Positions 18,874 to 28,544 of a DNA stretch of 59,943 bases are shown here, piece by piece. Location of the stretch: sequence record SRR31156797_608. One strand, 5' to 3'. The translations under genes and the position numbers were made by a program. Position 1 is the first letter of the stretch, and every line of letters begins with the position of its first letter. The notes under the pieces are model-generated. The model ran no database searches. It was not told the origin of the DNA and saw only the letters and a list, made by a program, of their open reading frames with translations.

Positions 18874-20910
18874 ATGTATACATCAGGTGCATATTTAGTT
18901 TTAAGCATAATTCTTTCTTTACTCATTTCTTTTGTTTTAGCATATTTAGCATATAAAAGCAAAACATTTAAAACTTCATCTAAATTATTATTTGGACTTC
19001 GCTGGATTGCATTGACCCTGCTAATGCTCATTCTATTTAACCCGGGTATTAAAATCACCAAAATTACAGATCAGAAACCCTTGCTGTACTTCCTTGAGGA
19101 TAATACAAGTTCAATCAAGTATTTAACTGATTCAGCAGAATTAAATACGCTTAATAATAGCTTAAATAGTATAAAAATAGATTTGGAAACCTATTATGAC
19201 ATTGAAACCTTTTATTTTGATAATAGTGTATATGGTACTGTAGATGAGAGATATAAAGGTCCGGTAACTGACATTGGAAACACACTTAAAAAGATTTCCG
19301 AGTTAGATGATAAAACAGTAAATAAGGTTGTGTTGGTTAGTGATGGAAATTATAATCAGGGAGAAAATCCACTATTTTTAAGTGCTGGATTACCATACGA
19401 GCTCTATACAGTTTCAATAGGCGATACAATTTCAGAAAATTCATTTTACTTTAGAAACCTTTATCACAATATGGTTGGGTACACCAATGAGGAAATACCT
19501 ATAGAAGCCAATATAAGATATGAAAAACTGACTGAAGACACTGTAATTAATGTTGAAGTACTCTCTGATGATAAAGTCATTAAAACAGACAACATAAACC
19601 TTGATAGCAGGACAAGACGAACTAAATACAGTTCATATTTTAAGTATAATAAAATAGGGCTTAAAAAATTTACGATAAGAATTAAAGATGTTCCAACATC
19701 TGCCAGATCCTTTTATCTGGAAGTTAAAAAGCAAAAACAGAAAGTATTAGTTTTATATCATTCAGTACATCCTGATATAGGAGTTATAAGACGGGCACTT
19801 GACTTGAGCAATAGATTTGATCCTGTAATAGTACAAGCTAATCAATTTGACCAGGAAATATCTGATTTTAATTTAATTGTGTTTCATCAAATTCCTTCAG
19901 GTCAATTTGCAGAAGACCGATGGTTTGCCGAAGCAGTAACAGCTCAAATCCCTAAATGGGTAATATTAGGTCCAAAATCAGATATAAGTACTTTTAATCA
20001 AGGCCAGGATGCGTTGCAGCTAAACAATTTCAATGGTCAGTATGACGAAGCAGGGATATATCTTAATGACAATTTCAGCTGGTTTAAAAGTGAACTTAAT
20101 CAGGACTTCAATTCAGCATCATGGCCGCCTTTAACTGTTCCATTTGCTAACTATAAAGTAAAAAAGGGTGTAAGTCTTTTTGATCAATCATTGATGGGTA
20201 TTGAAACTGAACGTCCAGCCTGGTTATTTGTTGATCAACCCTACAGATATTCAATATTAACCGGAACAGGGCTATGGAAGTGGGGAATATATGATTACAG
20301 AATGAATGGTAACCACAATAAAATTCACGATTTAGTATATAAAACGGTTAGATATTTATCGCTAAACAAACCTAAAAAACGCCTTCAGCTGAATGTGGCA
20401 AAAGTCTATGAGTCCTCTCAATCTATTGAATTTGAGGCTATCTGGTATAATCAAAACTATGAAATTGATAATACTCTGCCTGGTAATATGGTTTTAATAG
20501 ATTCTACTAACAAAGAATTTGATTTTGCATTTATTCCTTCTGGAAACAAATATAAAATTCAAGCAGGATTATTATCTCCGGGTTTATATAAGTATAAAGC
20601 AAAAATAAGTTCCGAAAACGAGTTATTTTCAAATGAAGGTAGTTTTGTCGTAAGTGAAACGAATCTTGAGAAAAATGACTATAAGGCTAATATTCAATTA
20701 CTAAGAAAGCTTTCAGGATCGAAGAATTCGTTGTATTTTAAAGAGGTAGACAATCTAAGAGAAATGCTGAAACCAGATGAAAAACATCAAATAATCCAGA
20801 AAACAGACACTAAAATAGCAGATTTAATAGATGATAAACTGTTTTTGTTTCTGATTATCACGTTGTTTGCTTTAGAATGGACAATAAGAAAATATCGTGG
20901 ACAGTTATAA
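18874..20910 (+). CDS. Membrane-anchored protein with a degenerate vWA-like domain
   Basis: Two N-terminal TM helices, EDNTSS and VLVSDGNYN (MIDAS-like), C-terminal TM helix with EWTIRK. Confidence 0.65.
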   Translation: MYTSGAYLVLSIILSLLISFVLAYLAYKSKTFKTSSKLLFGLRWIALTLLMLILFNPGIKITKITDQKPLLYFLEDNTSSIKYLTDSAELNTLNNSLNSIKIDLETYYDIETFYFDNSVYGTVDERYKGPVTDIGNTLKKISELDDKTVNKVVLVSDGNYNQGENPLFLSAGLPYELYTVSIGDTISENSFYFRNLYHNMVGYTNEEIPIEANIRYEKLTEDTVINVEVLSDDKVIKTDNINLDSRTRRTKYSSYFKYNKIGLKKFTIRIKDVPTSARSFYLEVKKQKQKVLVLYHSVHPDIGVIRRALDLSNRFDPVIVQANQFDQEISDFNLIVFHQIPSGQFAEDRWFAEAVTAQIPKWVILGPKSDISTFNQGQDALQLNNFNGQYDEAGIYLNDNFSWFKSELNQDFNSASWPPLTVPFANYKVKKGVSLFDQSLMGIETERPAWLFVDQPYRYSILTGTGLWKWGIYDYRMNGNHNKIHDLVYKTVRYLSLNKPKKRLQLNVAKVYESSQSIEFEAIWYNQNYEIDNTLPGNMVLIDSTNKEFDFAFIPSGNKYKIQAGLLSPGLYKYKAKISSENELFSNEGSFVVSETNLEKNDYKANIQLLRKLSGSKNSLYFKEVDNLREMLKPDEKHQIIQKTDTKIADLIDDKLFLFLIITLFALEWTIRKYRGQL

Positions 20911-20982
20911 TATTAGTTATGCATTATTTTGCACTAATCTTTACTAAATTTGTTATAGTTAAAGGACATAAACTCATTTGAT

Positions 20983-21912
20983 ATGAATATTAAAAGTATA
21001 ATCTCAATTTTTGTTTTTGGTGTGATTTTTTCCAGTTGTACCTCAATTGGGAAAATACAGCTTGAAATATTACGTCCGCCAACGGATACGCTCAGCATTT
21101 CAAACCAAACAATTAATATTACCAATGGATATTTACAAAAAAATGTAAAGTCAAAAGATGATTTTGAAAATTTGGTTAAATATGATAAATATAGGTTAGA
21201 CAGCCTTGTAAGTGTTGAATCAATTATTGCGTTGAGACAAACACTAAATGAAGCAGGTATGGTCAAAACCGGGGTGGTTGATTCTACAGGACAAAAGAAA
21301 ATTGGTGGAACCTATTTAAGTATTGATAGTGTTAATATCAGATCGGAGGTTGAAACAGAACCGATGTACGTATACAGCCGCAATGCTTACTATGCTGCGG
21401 TGCGAGTTCCATATATAATAAAATGGAGAATTCAAGCTGCAAATGAAGATCCAGTATATCAGGTTTATCAAGATACATTGTGGGCTGAAGGATATGCTGC
21501 TGTCTTTGATAGATTGGCTGATTTAGTTAGCTTCGATAACGTTATTGAGTACATAATTTCCAAAACTACTTTCGATTTTGCCAGAAAAATATCGCCAGTT
21601 TGGGAAGAAACAACCAGATACTATATGAAATCAGGTAATAATGATTTCCTTAGAGCTTCATTTTTTATGGACAATAAGCAATATGATGAAGCAGCGCTAA
21701 TATGGCAGAAATATGCCGAAAATGATAAAGGTACCCTTGCTGCAAGTGCAAACCTAAACCTTGCTCTATATCATGAGTTGCAAGGTGATATAAATGAGGC
21801 CATTATATTTTGTGAAAAAGCAGTAGAACTAAAAAATGAACTGGCGAAAAGATATTTAAAGGTTTTAAAACAAAGACAATACGAAATCCAGAAAATTCTA
21901 AAAATTCAATAA
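20983..21912 (+). CDS. Lipoprotein with C-terminal TPR (DUF6340-like)
   Basis: Lipobox FSSC, ILRPP and ISPVWEETTRYY motifs, TPR-like C-terminus; TAAATTTG at 20945-20952. Confidence 0.65.
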   Translation: MNIKSIISIFVFGVIFSSCTSIGKIQLEILRPPTDTLSISNQTINITNGYLQKNVKSKDDFENLVKYDKYRLDSLVSVESIIALRQTLNEAGMVKTGVVDSTGQKKIGGTYLSIDSVNIRSEVETEPMYVYSRNAYYAAVRVPYIIKWRIQAANEDPVYQVYQDTLWAEGYAAVFDRLADLVSFDNVIEYIISKTTFDFARKISPVWEETTRYYMKSGNNDFLRASFFMDNKQYDEAALIWQKYAENDKGTLAASANLNLALYHELQGDINEAIIFCEKAVELKNELAKRYLKVLKQRQYEIQKILKIQ

Positions 21913-21915
21913 AAA

Positions 21916-23136
21916 ATGACCATTCTTTACATTATTATAGGTATTCTAGTGTTAGAATATGTTGTAGGAGAGATAGTTGATTACCTTAATTTAAAGCATG
22001 AGTTAAAGCCAATTGCACCTCTGTTGAGTCAAAAATTTACATTTTCGTTACGTAAAAAAATGCATCTTTACCATCTGGCCAATTATAAGACCAGCTTCTT
22101 TCATAGTCTTTTTTCGCTGATTGTAATTCTGGTACTTATACTCTCGTTTGGTTTTGGTGAGATTGATAATTTCATCAGGAAGTATTTTGAAAATGAAGTA
22201 GTTATTTCAATCGTTTTTTTTGCTGTTATTGGACTGGCTACAACTATATTATCCTTACCCTGGCAAATATTTAATGTGTTCTATATTGAAAATCGTTTTG
22301 GCTTCAATAGACAAACTGTGAAGTTGTTTTTTGTGGATAAACTTAAAGGAATTCTTCTTGCAGTAATAATTGGTGGAGTTTTAATAACAGCACTTACCTA
22401 TATCTACTACCAATTGCCGAATAGTTTTTGGTGGATTGCATGGATTATTTTTGCAACTTTTACACTCTTTATGACCATGTTATATTCAACGCTCATTGTA
22501 CCTTTATTCAATAAACAAAAACCATTAGAAGCAGGAAGTTTGCGCGATAAAATTGAGTCGGTAGCTAAAAAAGCTAATTTTAAGTTGGATAATATATTTG
22601 TTATAGATGGATCTAAAAGATCTTCTAAGAGTAATGCTTATTTTACAGGAATAGGACCTAAAAAACGAATTGTACTTTATGATACCTTAATTAAAGACCT
22701 TGAAGAAAATGAAATAGCTGCTGTTTTATCCCATGAAATTGGGCATTATAAAAAGAATCACATTTTAATAAACCTATTAACAGGTATACTTCAAACCGGT
22801 TTTATTCTATTCCTTTTTGATTTTATTGCCGGATATGATGCACTATACGAGGCAATTGGAGCCGTGAAACCATCATTTCATTTAGGGCTTTTGGTGTTTG
22901 GGTTTTTATTTACACCTATATCAATAATAATAGGTTTAATAATGAATTTATGGAGCAGGAAGGCTGAATATCAGGCAGATAATTTTGCCGCATCACTTGG
23001 ATTCAAAGACCAGCTTAAGTCATCATTGGTGAAACTAACAGATAAAAATCTATCGAATATTAATCCGCATCCACTATATGTCTTTATGCATTATAGTCAT
23101 CCACCACTTAATAAGAGGTTACAAAACCTGGATTAA
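21916..23136 (+). CDS. M48 family (Ste24-like) integral membrane zinc metallopeptidase
   Basis: DGSKRSSKSNAYF, HEIGH (HExxH), EYQAD and HYSHPPL motifs. Confidence 0.93.
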   Translation: MTILYIIIGILVLEYVVGEIVDYLNLKHELKPIAPLLSQKFTFSLRKKMHLYHLANYKTSFFHSLFSLIVILVLILSFGFGEIDNFIRKYFENEVVISIVFFAVIGLATTILSLPWQIFNVFYIENRFGFNRQTVKLFFVDKLKGILLAVIIGGVLITALTYIYYQLPNSFWWIAWIIFATFTLFMTMLYSTLIVPLFNKQKPLEAGSLRDKIESVAKKANFKLDNIFVIDGSKRSSKSNAYFTGIGPKKRIVLYDTLIKDLEENEIAAVLSHEIGHYKKNHILINLLTGILQTGFILFLFDFIAGYDALYEAIGAVKPSFHLGLLVFGFLFTPISIIIGLIMNLWSRKAEYQADNFAASLGFKDQLKSSLVKLTDKNLSNINPHPLYVFMHYSHPPLNKRLQNLD

Positions 23137-23327
23137 AATATTATTTTGGTATCTTAAATCAATAAACTTTTTTTCAAAAAAAAATATTTATAATTATCTT
23201 GTTGTTTATCAGAATTTTATGTGGTTTTCATTAATAAAATACGATAAAAATTATATTTTTTTGTCATAAACTTGTATGATGGTCGTCACATTACTGAAAC
23301 CAATTCATAGAAACTCAACTTGAAAGC

Positions 23328-23852
23328 ATGGATGCTGAAAAATTAAAAAAAGCTATTTACAAATATAAAGACCAAATGTATAGATTGGCTTTAAGTATAG
23401 TAAAGAACCAGCCAGAGGCAGAGGATGCATTACAAGATGTTTTTATCAAGTGTTGGGAAAATAGGCATAAAATATCCATAGATGAAAGCTTAAAAGCATA
23501 TTTAATGCAATCAGTAAGGAATAAATGCCTTGATATGATTAAAAAACAGAGTAGACAAAAAGAAACAGAAGCTATTGAAGATTATGAATATCAATATCAA
23601 AACGAACAAAATATAGACCAGGTAGAGCAATTAAAAATAGTTTATGAATTAATTGAAAGGCTACCAGAGAAAAATAGAACCATATTGGAATTGCGAGAAA
23701 AAGAAGATTTATCATTTGAGGAAATCTCAAAAATAACGCAAAACAGTGTAGAAAACGTAAGAACAATATTGAGTAGAACAAGAAAAAAGCTTAAAACTGA
23801 TTTAATGCAAATAGTAAACTTTGAAAGAAGTTCAATTTCAAACTTAAATTAG
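23328..23852 (+). CDS. ECF-family RNA polymerase sigma factor
   Basis: Region 2 AEDALQDVFIKCW; region 4 LSFEEISKI...VRTILSRTRKKL. Confidence 0.9.
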   Translation: MDAEKLKKAIYKYKDQMYRLALSIVKNQPEAEDALQDVFIKCWENRHKISIDESLKAYLMQSVRNKCLDMIKKQSRQKETEAIEDYEYQYQNEQNIDQVEQLKIVYELIERLPEKNRTILELREKEDLSFEEISKITQNSVENVRTILSRTRKKLKTDLMQIVNFERSSISNLN

Positions 23853-23858
23853 AAAACG

Positions 23859-24299
23859 ATGAAAAATAACGATAAGAATAAAAACCTATTAACCAATGAT
23901 CAAGCTGACTTTATTATAAGTAAAGCTTTGAAACAAGATAACGAAGTGCAGATGCCGGACGATCTGTTTGACAGGTTATGGGATAATGCACAGCAAAAAG
24001 AAACAAAACCCAGAACAATAAGAATGAAGTTTTATGCTGTTGCGGCCTCAATTGCCTTGCTGGTAACACTTACAGGAGTATGGTTTTATAATCAGTCGCA
24101 AATCCATATGCAAAAACAATACGAGCAAAGCACAATGGCATTAAACAAAGTATCAAAGTATTTAAACATAGGCTTGTCTAAATTGGAACACGTTGATCAA
24201 TACCAGGAGGCAGTACAACATTTACAAATACTAAAAAAGCCTGAAAGCAAAACGAAAAAACTAGAATACATTAATAAATTACCAATTGTAACCGAATAA
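23859..24299 (+). CDS. Putative single-pass anti-sigma factor
   Basis: Directly follows the ECF gene; YAVAASIALLV TM segment typical of Bacteroidota anti-sigma factors. Confidence 0.6.
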   Translation: MKNNDKNKNLLTNDQADFIISKALKQDNEVQMPDDLFDRLWDNAQQKETKPRTIRMKFYAVAASIALLVTLTGVWFYNQSQIHMQKQYEQSTMALNKVSKYLNIGLSKLEHVDQYQEAVQHLQILKKPESKTKKLEYINKLPIVTE

Positions 24300-24320
24300 T
24301 TAACTCTTAAATCTCATATT

Positions 24321-24833
24321 ATGAAAACTTTAGTGATTTTATTTACAGCAATATTAATGAGTGGCGTAAGCTTAGCACAAGATGTGAAAGATATATATAA
24401 TCGTCACCTCGGAGAAGGAAACTACACAAAAGTAGTAATTGGAAAAGGTCTATTTCAATGGGCAGCATCTATGGCCGATGAAAAAGATAAAGAAGCACAA
24501 GCGTTAAAGGATCTAACGGGAATTGAAATCTACAGTGCTGAAGATTATCAACAAAAAGAAAAATTACCAGCTTTGATGGCTGAAGTATGGAAACTATTTG
24601 ATAATGGTGACTATTTAGAATTCATGCGAGTAGAAGAAAAAAATGAACGCGTAGTTTTTTACTTTAAAAAAGCCAATAATCAGATTACTGATATGGTATT
24701 AGTTGCTGAAGAAGATGCTACGGTTATTAAAATAAGTGGAATTATTGACCCAAACACAATCTCAGGCATTTCAAAATCAATGAACATACAGGGAATGGAG
24801 AAATTAGAAGAAATTGATAAGCAGCAAAAATAA
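24321..24833 (+). CDS. DUF4252-like exported protein
   Basis: Signal peptide, LKDLTGIEIY, YLEFMRV and C-terminal MNIQGMEKL; usual partner of this ECF type. Confidence 0.75.
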   Translation: MKTLVILFTAILMSGVSLAQDVKDIYNRHLGEGNYTKVVIGKGLFQWAASMADEKDKEAQALKDLTGIEIYSAEDYQQKEKLPALMAEVWKLFDNGDYLEFMRVEEKNERVVFYFKKANNQITDMVLVAEEDATVIKISGIIDPNTISGISKSMNIQGMEKLEEIDKQQK

Positions 24834-24854
24834 GATTACCAATCACATTATATG

Positions 24855-24883
24855 AAGCCTGGATTTAGTTCCGGGCTTTTTTT
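24855..24883 (+). terminator. Intrinsic terminator
   Basis: AAGCCTGGA/TCCGGGCTT stem followed by a T tract. Confidence 0.8.
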
Positions 24884-25003
24884 GTAACAATGTTTTATAG
24901 AATAATAATTAAAAAATTGGTATTGTATATCTTTTTTCTTTAAATTTAAACCATTCATGGATAGTTGATATCTAATATCAGGTCGTACACTAATTAGTTT
25001 ATT

Positions 25004-26281
25004 ATGAGGGATATACTATTAATGCTTTGCTTTATATTTGCTTTTCAAATTGGAATCGCACAAGACAAAGATATTGATAAAATATACAATAAAGCCAGAA
25101 ATAAGTATGCTACAGGCCACTTTGAGCAGGCTAGAGATAATTACCTTCAACTAATAAAATTAAAACCCAATGATTTTGTATTTAATTATGAATTGGGCAT
25201 GTTACTTTTTTATGAATTAAATGACAAACCCGGCAGTATTCCATATTTTGAGACAGCTATTCAAGTAATGCAAGATACCGTGGCAGATGTATACAACTAC
25301 ATGGGGCAAGCCTATCAAAGTAACTTAGAATATGATAAAGCCATTGAATCATTTAATAAATATACGGCTATTCCACCAAAAGAAGGAGTGATTAGAGTGA
25401 GTGTAAAACGATATATCGACCAGTGTATACAGGAAAAACAAAAGCTTGAAGAGATACAGGCAAAAAGACAAAATAGCCAAAAAGATGGCACACAAGTGCT
25501 AAACCTGGGTCCAATTGTAAACTCTGAAAATGATGATCTTTCTCCAATACTATATAATGGCAAGCTATTATTTACATCAGCGCGCAAGTTCGATTATGTT
25601 TTTAACGAATACATGCGACATAGTTTTCTGACTATGTTTATTGAAGATCAATACATTAAGCCAGAACCGTTGAGCGAATCACCATATGATAAAGGAATGG
25701 TTGTAGACCCAAACTGGCATCAAGAAATAAGCTCAATAACCATTGATTTTGGGACGATTACTGTAATTTATGAAGAAGATATATGGATTATAACTAAAAA
25801 AGGGAAAAACTGGGCAGAACCGGTTCAAATGAGTCGCAAAATTAATAGATCAAGAGATAATGCTTACGCTTCGCTATCCGGAAAAGGCGATAGGATGATA
25901 TTTGTAATCTTTGATCGTAAAACGAAACAATATGACTTATACCAAACTGCAAAGAATGCAGAAGGAGAGTGGCGTGATCCTATTAAACTAAATAATCAAA
26001 TTAATACCTTAAGTAACGAACATTATCCATTTTTAAGTCCGGATGGTTATACATTATATTTTTCTTCAGATCGAGAAGGTGGAAAAGGAAAATATGATAT
26101 CTACAAATGTACATTGCAGGAAAATAATGAATGGAGTACCCCGGAACTATTAGATTCACCTATTAATTCAGCTGGAAATGATATCTCGTTCAAATATTAT
26201 AATGAAATTAACAAAGCTTACTTTTCTTCTGACCGAAAAGGAGGATTTGGAAAGTTTGATATCTACGAGGTAATCTATTAA
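25004..26281 (+). CDS. Exported TPR plus PD40 (WD40-like beta-propeller) repeat protein
   Basis: Signal peptide, N-terminal TPRs, PD40 motifs (PFLSPDGYTLYFSSDREGGKGKYDIY; AYFSSDRKGGFGKFDIY). Confidence 0.85.
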   Translation: MRDILLMLCFIFAFQIGIAQDKDIDKIYNKARNKYATGHFEQARDNYLQLIKLKPNDFVFNYELGMLLFYELNDKPGSIPYFETAIQVMQDTVADVYNYMGQAYQSNLEYDKAIESFNKYTAIPPKEGVIRVSVKRYIDQCIQEKQKLEEIQAKRQNSQKDGTQVLNLGPIVNSENDDLSPILYNGKLLFTSARKFDYVFNEYMRHSFLTMFIEDQYIKPEPLSESPYDKGMVVDPNWHQEISSITIDFGTITVIYEEDIWIITKKGKNWAEPVQMSRKINRSRDNAYASLSGKGDRMIFVIFDRKTKQYDLYQTAKNAEGEWRDPIKLNNQINTLSNEHYPFLSPDGYTLYFSSDREGGKGKYDIYKCTLQENNEWSTPELLDSPINSAGNDISFKYYNEINKAYFSSDRKGGFGKFDIYEVIY

Positions 26282-26930
26282 TAATTAAATCATTAGATTA
26301 ATATTCTGATTCTCTTTTTCTATTTCTAGAACATATTTAATTTGAACACTAAGCGAATTCTTAATGTGAGCATATTTAATAGATAAGGTGTTGTAATTGT
26401 TATTGATTTAGCTATGCTGTGCGCTATATAGGTTATAAACCCCTTAATCTGCTCATCATATATAGAAATCTAATGTAACGTGAGTTCGATGTAATTATGC
26501 GACACTCAATCGGGTAGTGGGTTATACTGTTATTGGCATACTAGGTTACTCTTTCCCAATTTGTATTACGGATTATTATAATGAGATAAATAGATGTCCT
26601 TAAAAATTAAAACTAGTATAAGAAGAGGGTTTACCCTTGATTAAGGATATTTACACTGATTTCAAGTGCAAAACATATGATGTTAAGTTAATTTAACAAA
26701 CATATAATTAACTCATTTTCATAACATTAAATTTATTATATGAAGTGATATTTAAAGATTTAAATATGGAAGTCCTGCCATATTGACAAAACCTTGCTTT
26801 AATAAGATAAAACTGATTTTATAATACTGTATATCAGTTTGTTATGATGATTTAATAAATTTAAAGTTCACTATGTGAGATTACAGCTATAGCAAATAAA
26901 AACACTTAATTCTTATGGATTAATCTTTGA

Positions 26931-26980
26931 TTACAATTGTAAATTACATATATTTGTTTACAAATTAACAAATAGTTACA
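26931..26980 (+). promoter_or_regulatory. Promoter/operator array upstream of the XRE regulator
   Basis: Perfect palindrome TTACAATTGTAA (26931-26942), -7 element TATATTTG (26949-26956), ATTTGTTTACAAAT (26952-26965), further TTACA half-sites at 26944 and 26976. Confidence 0.6.
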
Positions 26981-26981
26981 A

Positions 26982-27434
26982 ATGTCAATTTCCGAAAGAA
27001 TTGTTTACATACAGCAACAAGAAGGTATTTCTGCAAGTAAATTTGCAGATTTACTAGGTGTTCAGAGATCTGGTCTATCACACATTTATAGTGGTCGAAA
27101 TAAACCAAGTATTGATTTCTTGCAAAAACTATCCATACAATTTCCACAATACAGGTTAGAATGGATTATTAATGGAATTGAGCCTATACTATACGTAGAT
27201 AAAGCCCCAGAAAAGGCACAGGAACCGGATTTATTTAATCAGATGGTATCTAATGAGGTTAGAAGTGAAAACAAAGCAGAATATGGGCTCAAATCCACTA
27301 CCAACAAGAATAAAAAACAGTTAGTTGATTTAGAATCTAATGATCAGGAAATACCCGAAAGGGAAATATTGAAAGTTATGTTGATATATTCTGATAACAC
27401 ATTTAAAGTTTTGGATCCTCAAAATCATAAATAA
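26982..27434 (+). CDS. XRE-family helix-turn-helix transcriptional regulator
   Basis: SASKFADLLGVQRSGLSHIYSGRNKPSIDFL...WIING; C-terminal KVMLIYSDNTF motif. Confidence 0.9.
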   Translation: MSISERIVYIQQQEGISASKFADLLGVQRSGLSHIYSGRNKPSIDFLQKLSIQFPQYRLEWIINGIEPILYVDKAPEKAQEPDLFNQMVSNEVRSENKAEYGLKSTTNKNKKQLVDLESNDQEIPEREILKVMLIYSDNTFKVLDPQNHK

Positions 27435-27438
27435 TTGT

Positions 27439-27472
27439 TACATTTGCCTAGAATTTAGATTTGTTTACAAAT
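27439..27472 (+). promoter_or_regulatory. pyrD promoter -7 element and operator-like palindrome
   Basis: TACATTTG (27439-27446) and ATTTGTTTACAAAT (27459-27472), identical to 26952-26965. Confidence 0.5.
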
Positions 27473-28484
27473 GTATAAGGCAATTATTCGACCACTTTTA
27501 TTTCAGTACGGACCTGAAAAGGCTCATAAAATCACATTTAATCTTCTTAAAACATTTCAAGCTATACCCGGTGGACTGGATTTGCTGTCTTTATTGACAC
27601 CCAATAACAATCAACCGGTTGAATTAATGGGTTTAAAGTTCAAAAATAAGATTGGTGTGGCAGCTGGATTAGATAAAAATGCTGAATTAATCAAAGTATG
27701 GAAAGCAATAGGTTTTGGCTATGCTGAAATTGGCACTATTACGCCTAAGGGCCAGCCAGGAAACCCAAAACCAAGGCTATATAGGCTCAAAAAAGACGAA
27801 GGATTAATCAATAGGATGGGATTTAACAATCATGGATTAGATTCTGCTGTTGAAAAGCTTAAAAAGCGTCCTTCTGATTACATTGTTGGAGGTAATTTAG
27901 GAAAAAATACCACTACTCCTAATGAAGAAGCCGTTCACGATTATATAACTGTTTTTGAAGGGTTATATGATTATGTAGATTACCTGGTTGTGAATGTGAG
28001 TTGTCCTAATATTTCGGATTTAAAAAAGCTACAAGATAAGGATGAGCTTAATAATATCTTAGGTGCATTAATGGAAAGTAGAAAAAATAGGGCGATTCAA
28101 AAGCCTGTACTTCTTAAGATTTCACCCGATTTGAATAATCATCAGCTAATAGATACGCTGCAATTAGTTTCTGATCATAGTTTAGAAGGTGTTATTGCTA
28201 CTAATACATCAGTTTCAAGAAATGATTTACTTACTGATAATGAGATTGTCAAATCAATGGGGAATGGCGGCTTAAGCGGTTTACCAATTGCGAAGCGAGC
28301 TACTGAGGTAATATCATTAGTTCGAAAAGAGATGGGATCTGATTTTCCCATAATTGGTGTGGGTGGTATTCATAGTGCAGATGAAGCCAAGAGAAAATTA
28401 GATGCTGGTGCAAATATGTTACAATTGTATACAGGCTTTATTTATCATGGAATAGGGTTAATAAAGGATAGTTTACATGTGTAA
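27471..28484 (+). CDS. pyrD: Quinone-dependent dihydroorotate dehydrogenase (class 2)
   Basis: AAGLDKN, QPGNPKPRL, INRMGFNN, VNVSCPN, KISPD and GGLSG motifs. Confidence 0.96.
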   Translation: MYKAIIRPLLFQYGPEKAHKITFNLLKTFQAIPGGLDLLSLLTPNNNQPVELMGLKFKNKIGVAAGLDKNAELIKVWKAIGFGYAEIGTITPKGQPGNPKPRLYRLKKDEGLINRMGFNNHGLDSAVEKLKKRPSDYIVGGNLGKNTTTPNEEAVHDYITVFEGLYDYVDYLVVNVSCPNISDLKKLQDKDELNNILGALMESRKNRAIQKPVLLKISPDLNNHQLIDTLQLVSDHSLEGVIATNTSVSRNDLLTDNEIVKSMGNGGLSGLPIAKRATEVISLVRKEMGSDFPIIGVGGIHSADEAKRKLDAGANMLQLYTGFIYHGIGLIKDSLHV

Positions 28485-28544
28485 CCTTTAGTTTTATTAA
28501 ATTATTGTATATTTATTGCTTCAAAATTTATAAATGAAAATGTC

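Noticed and set aside
26282-26981. Large intergenic region as oriC or a CRISPR array
   Set aside because: No DnaA-box cluster and no regularly spaced direct repeats with unique spacers
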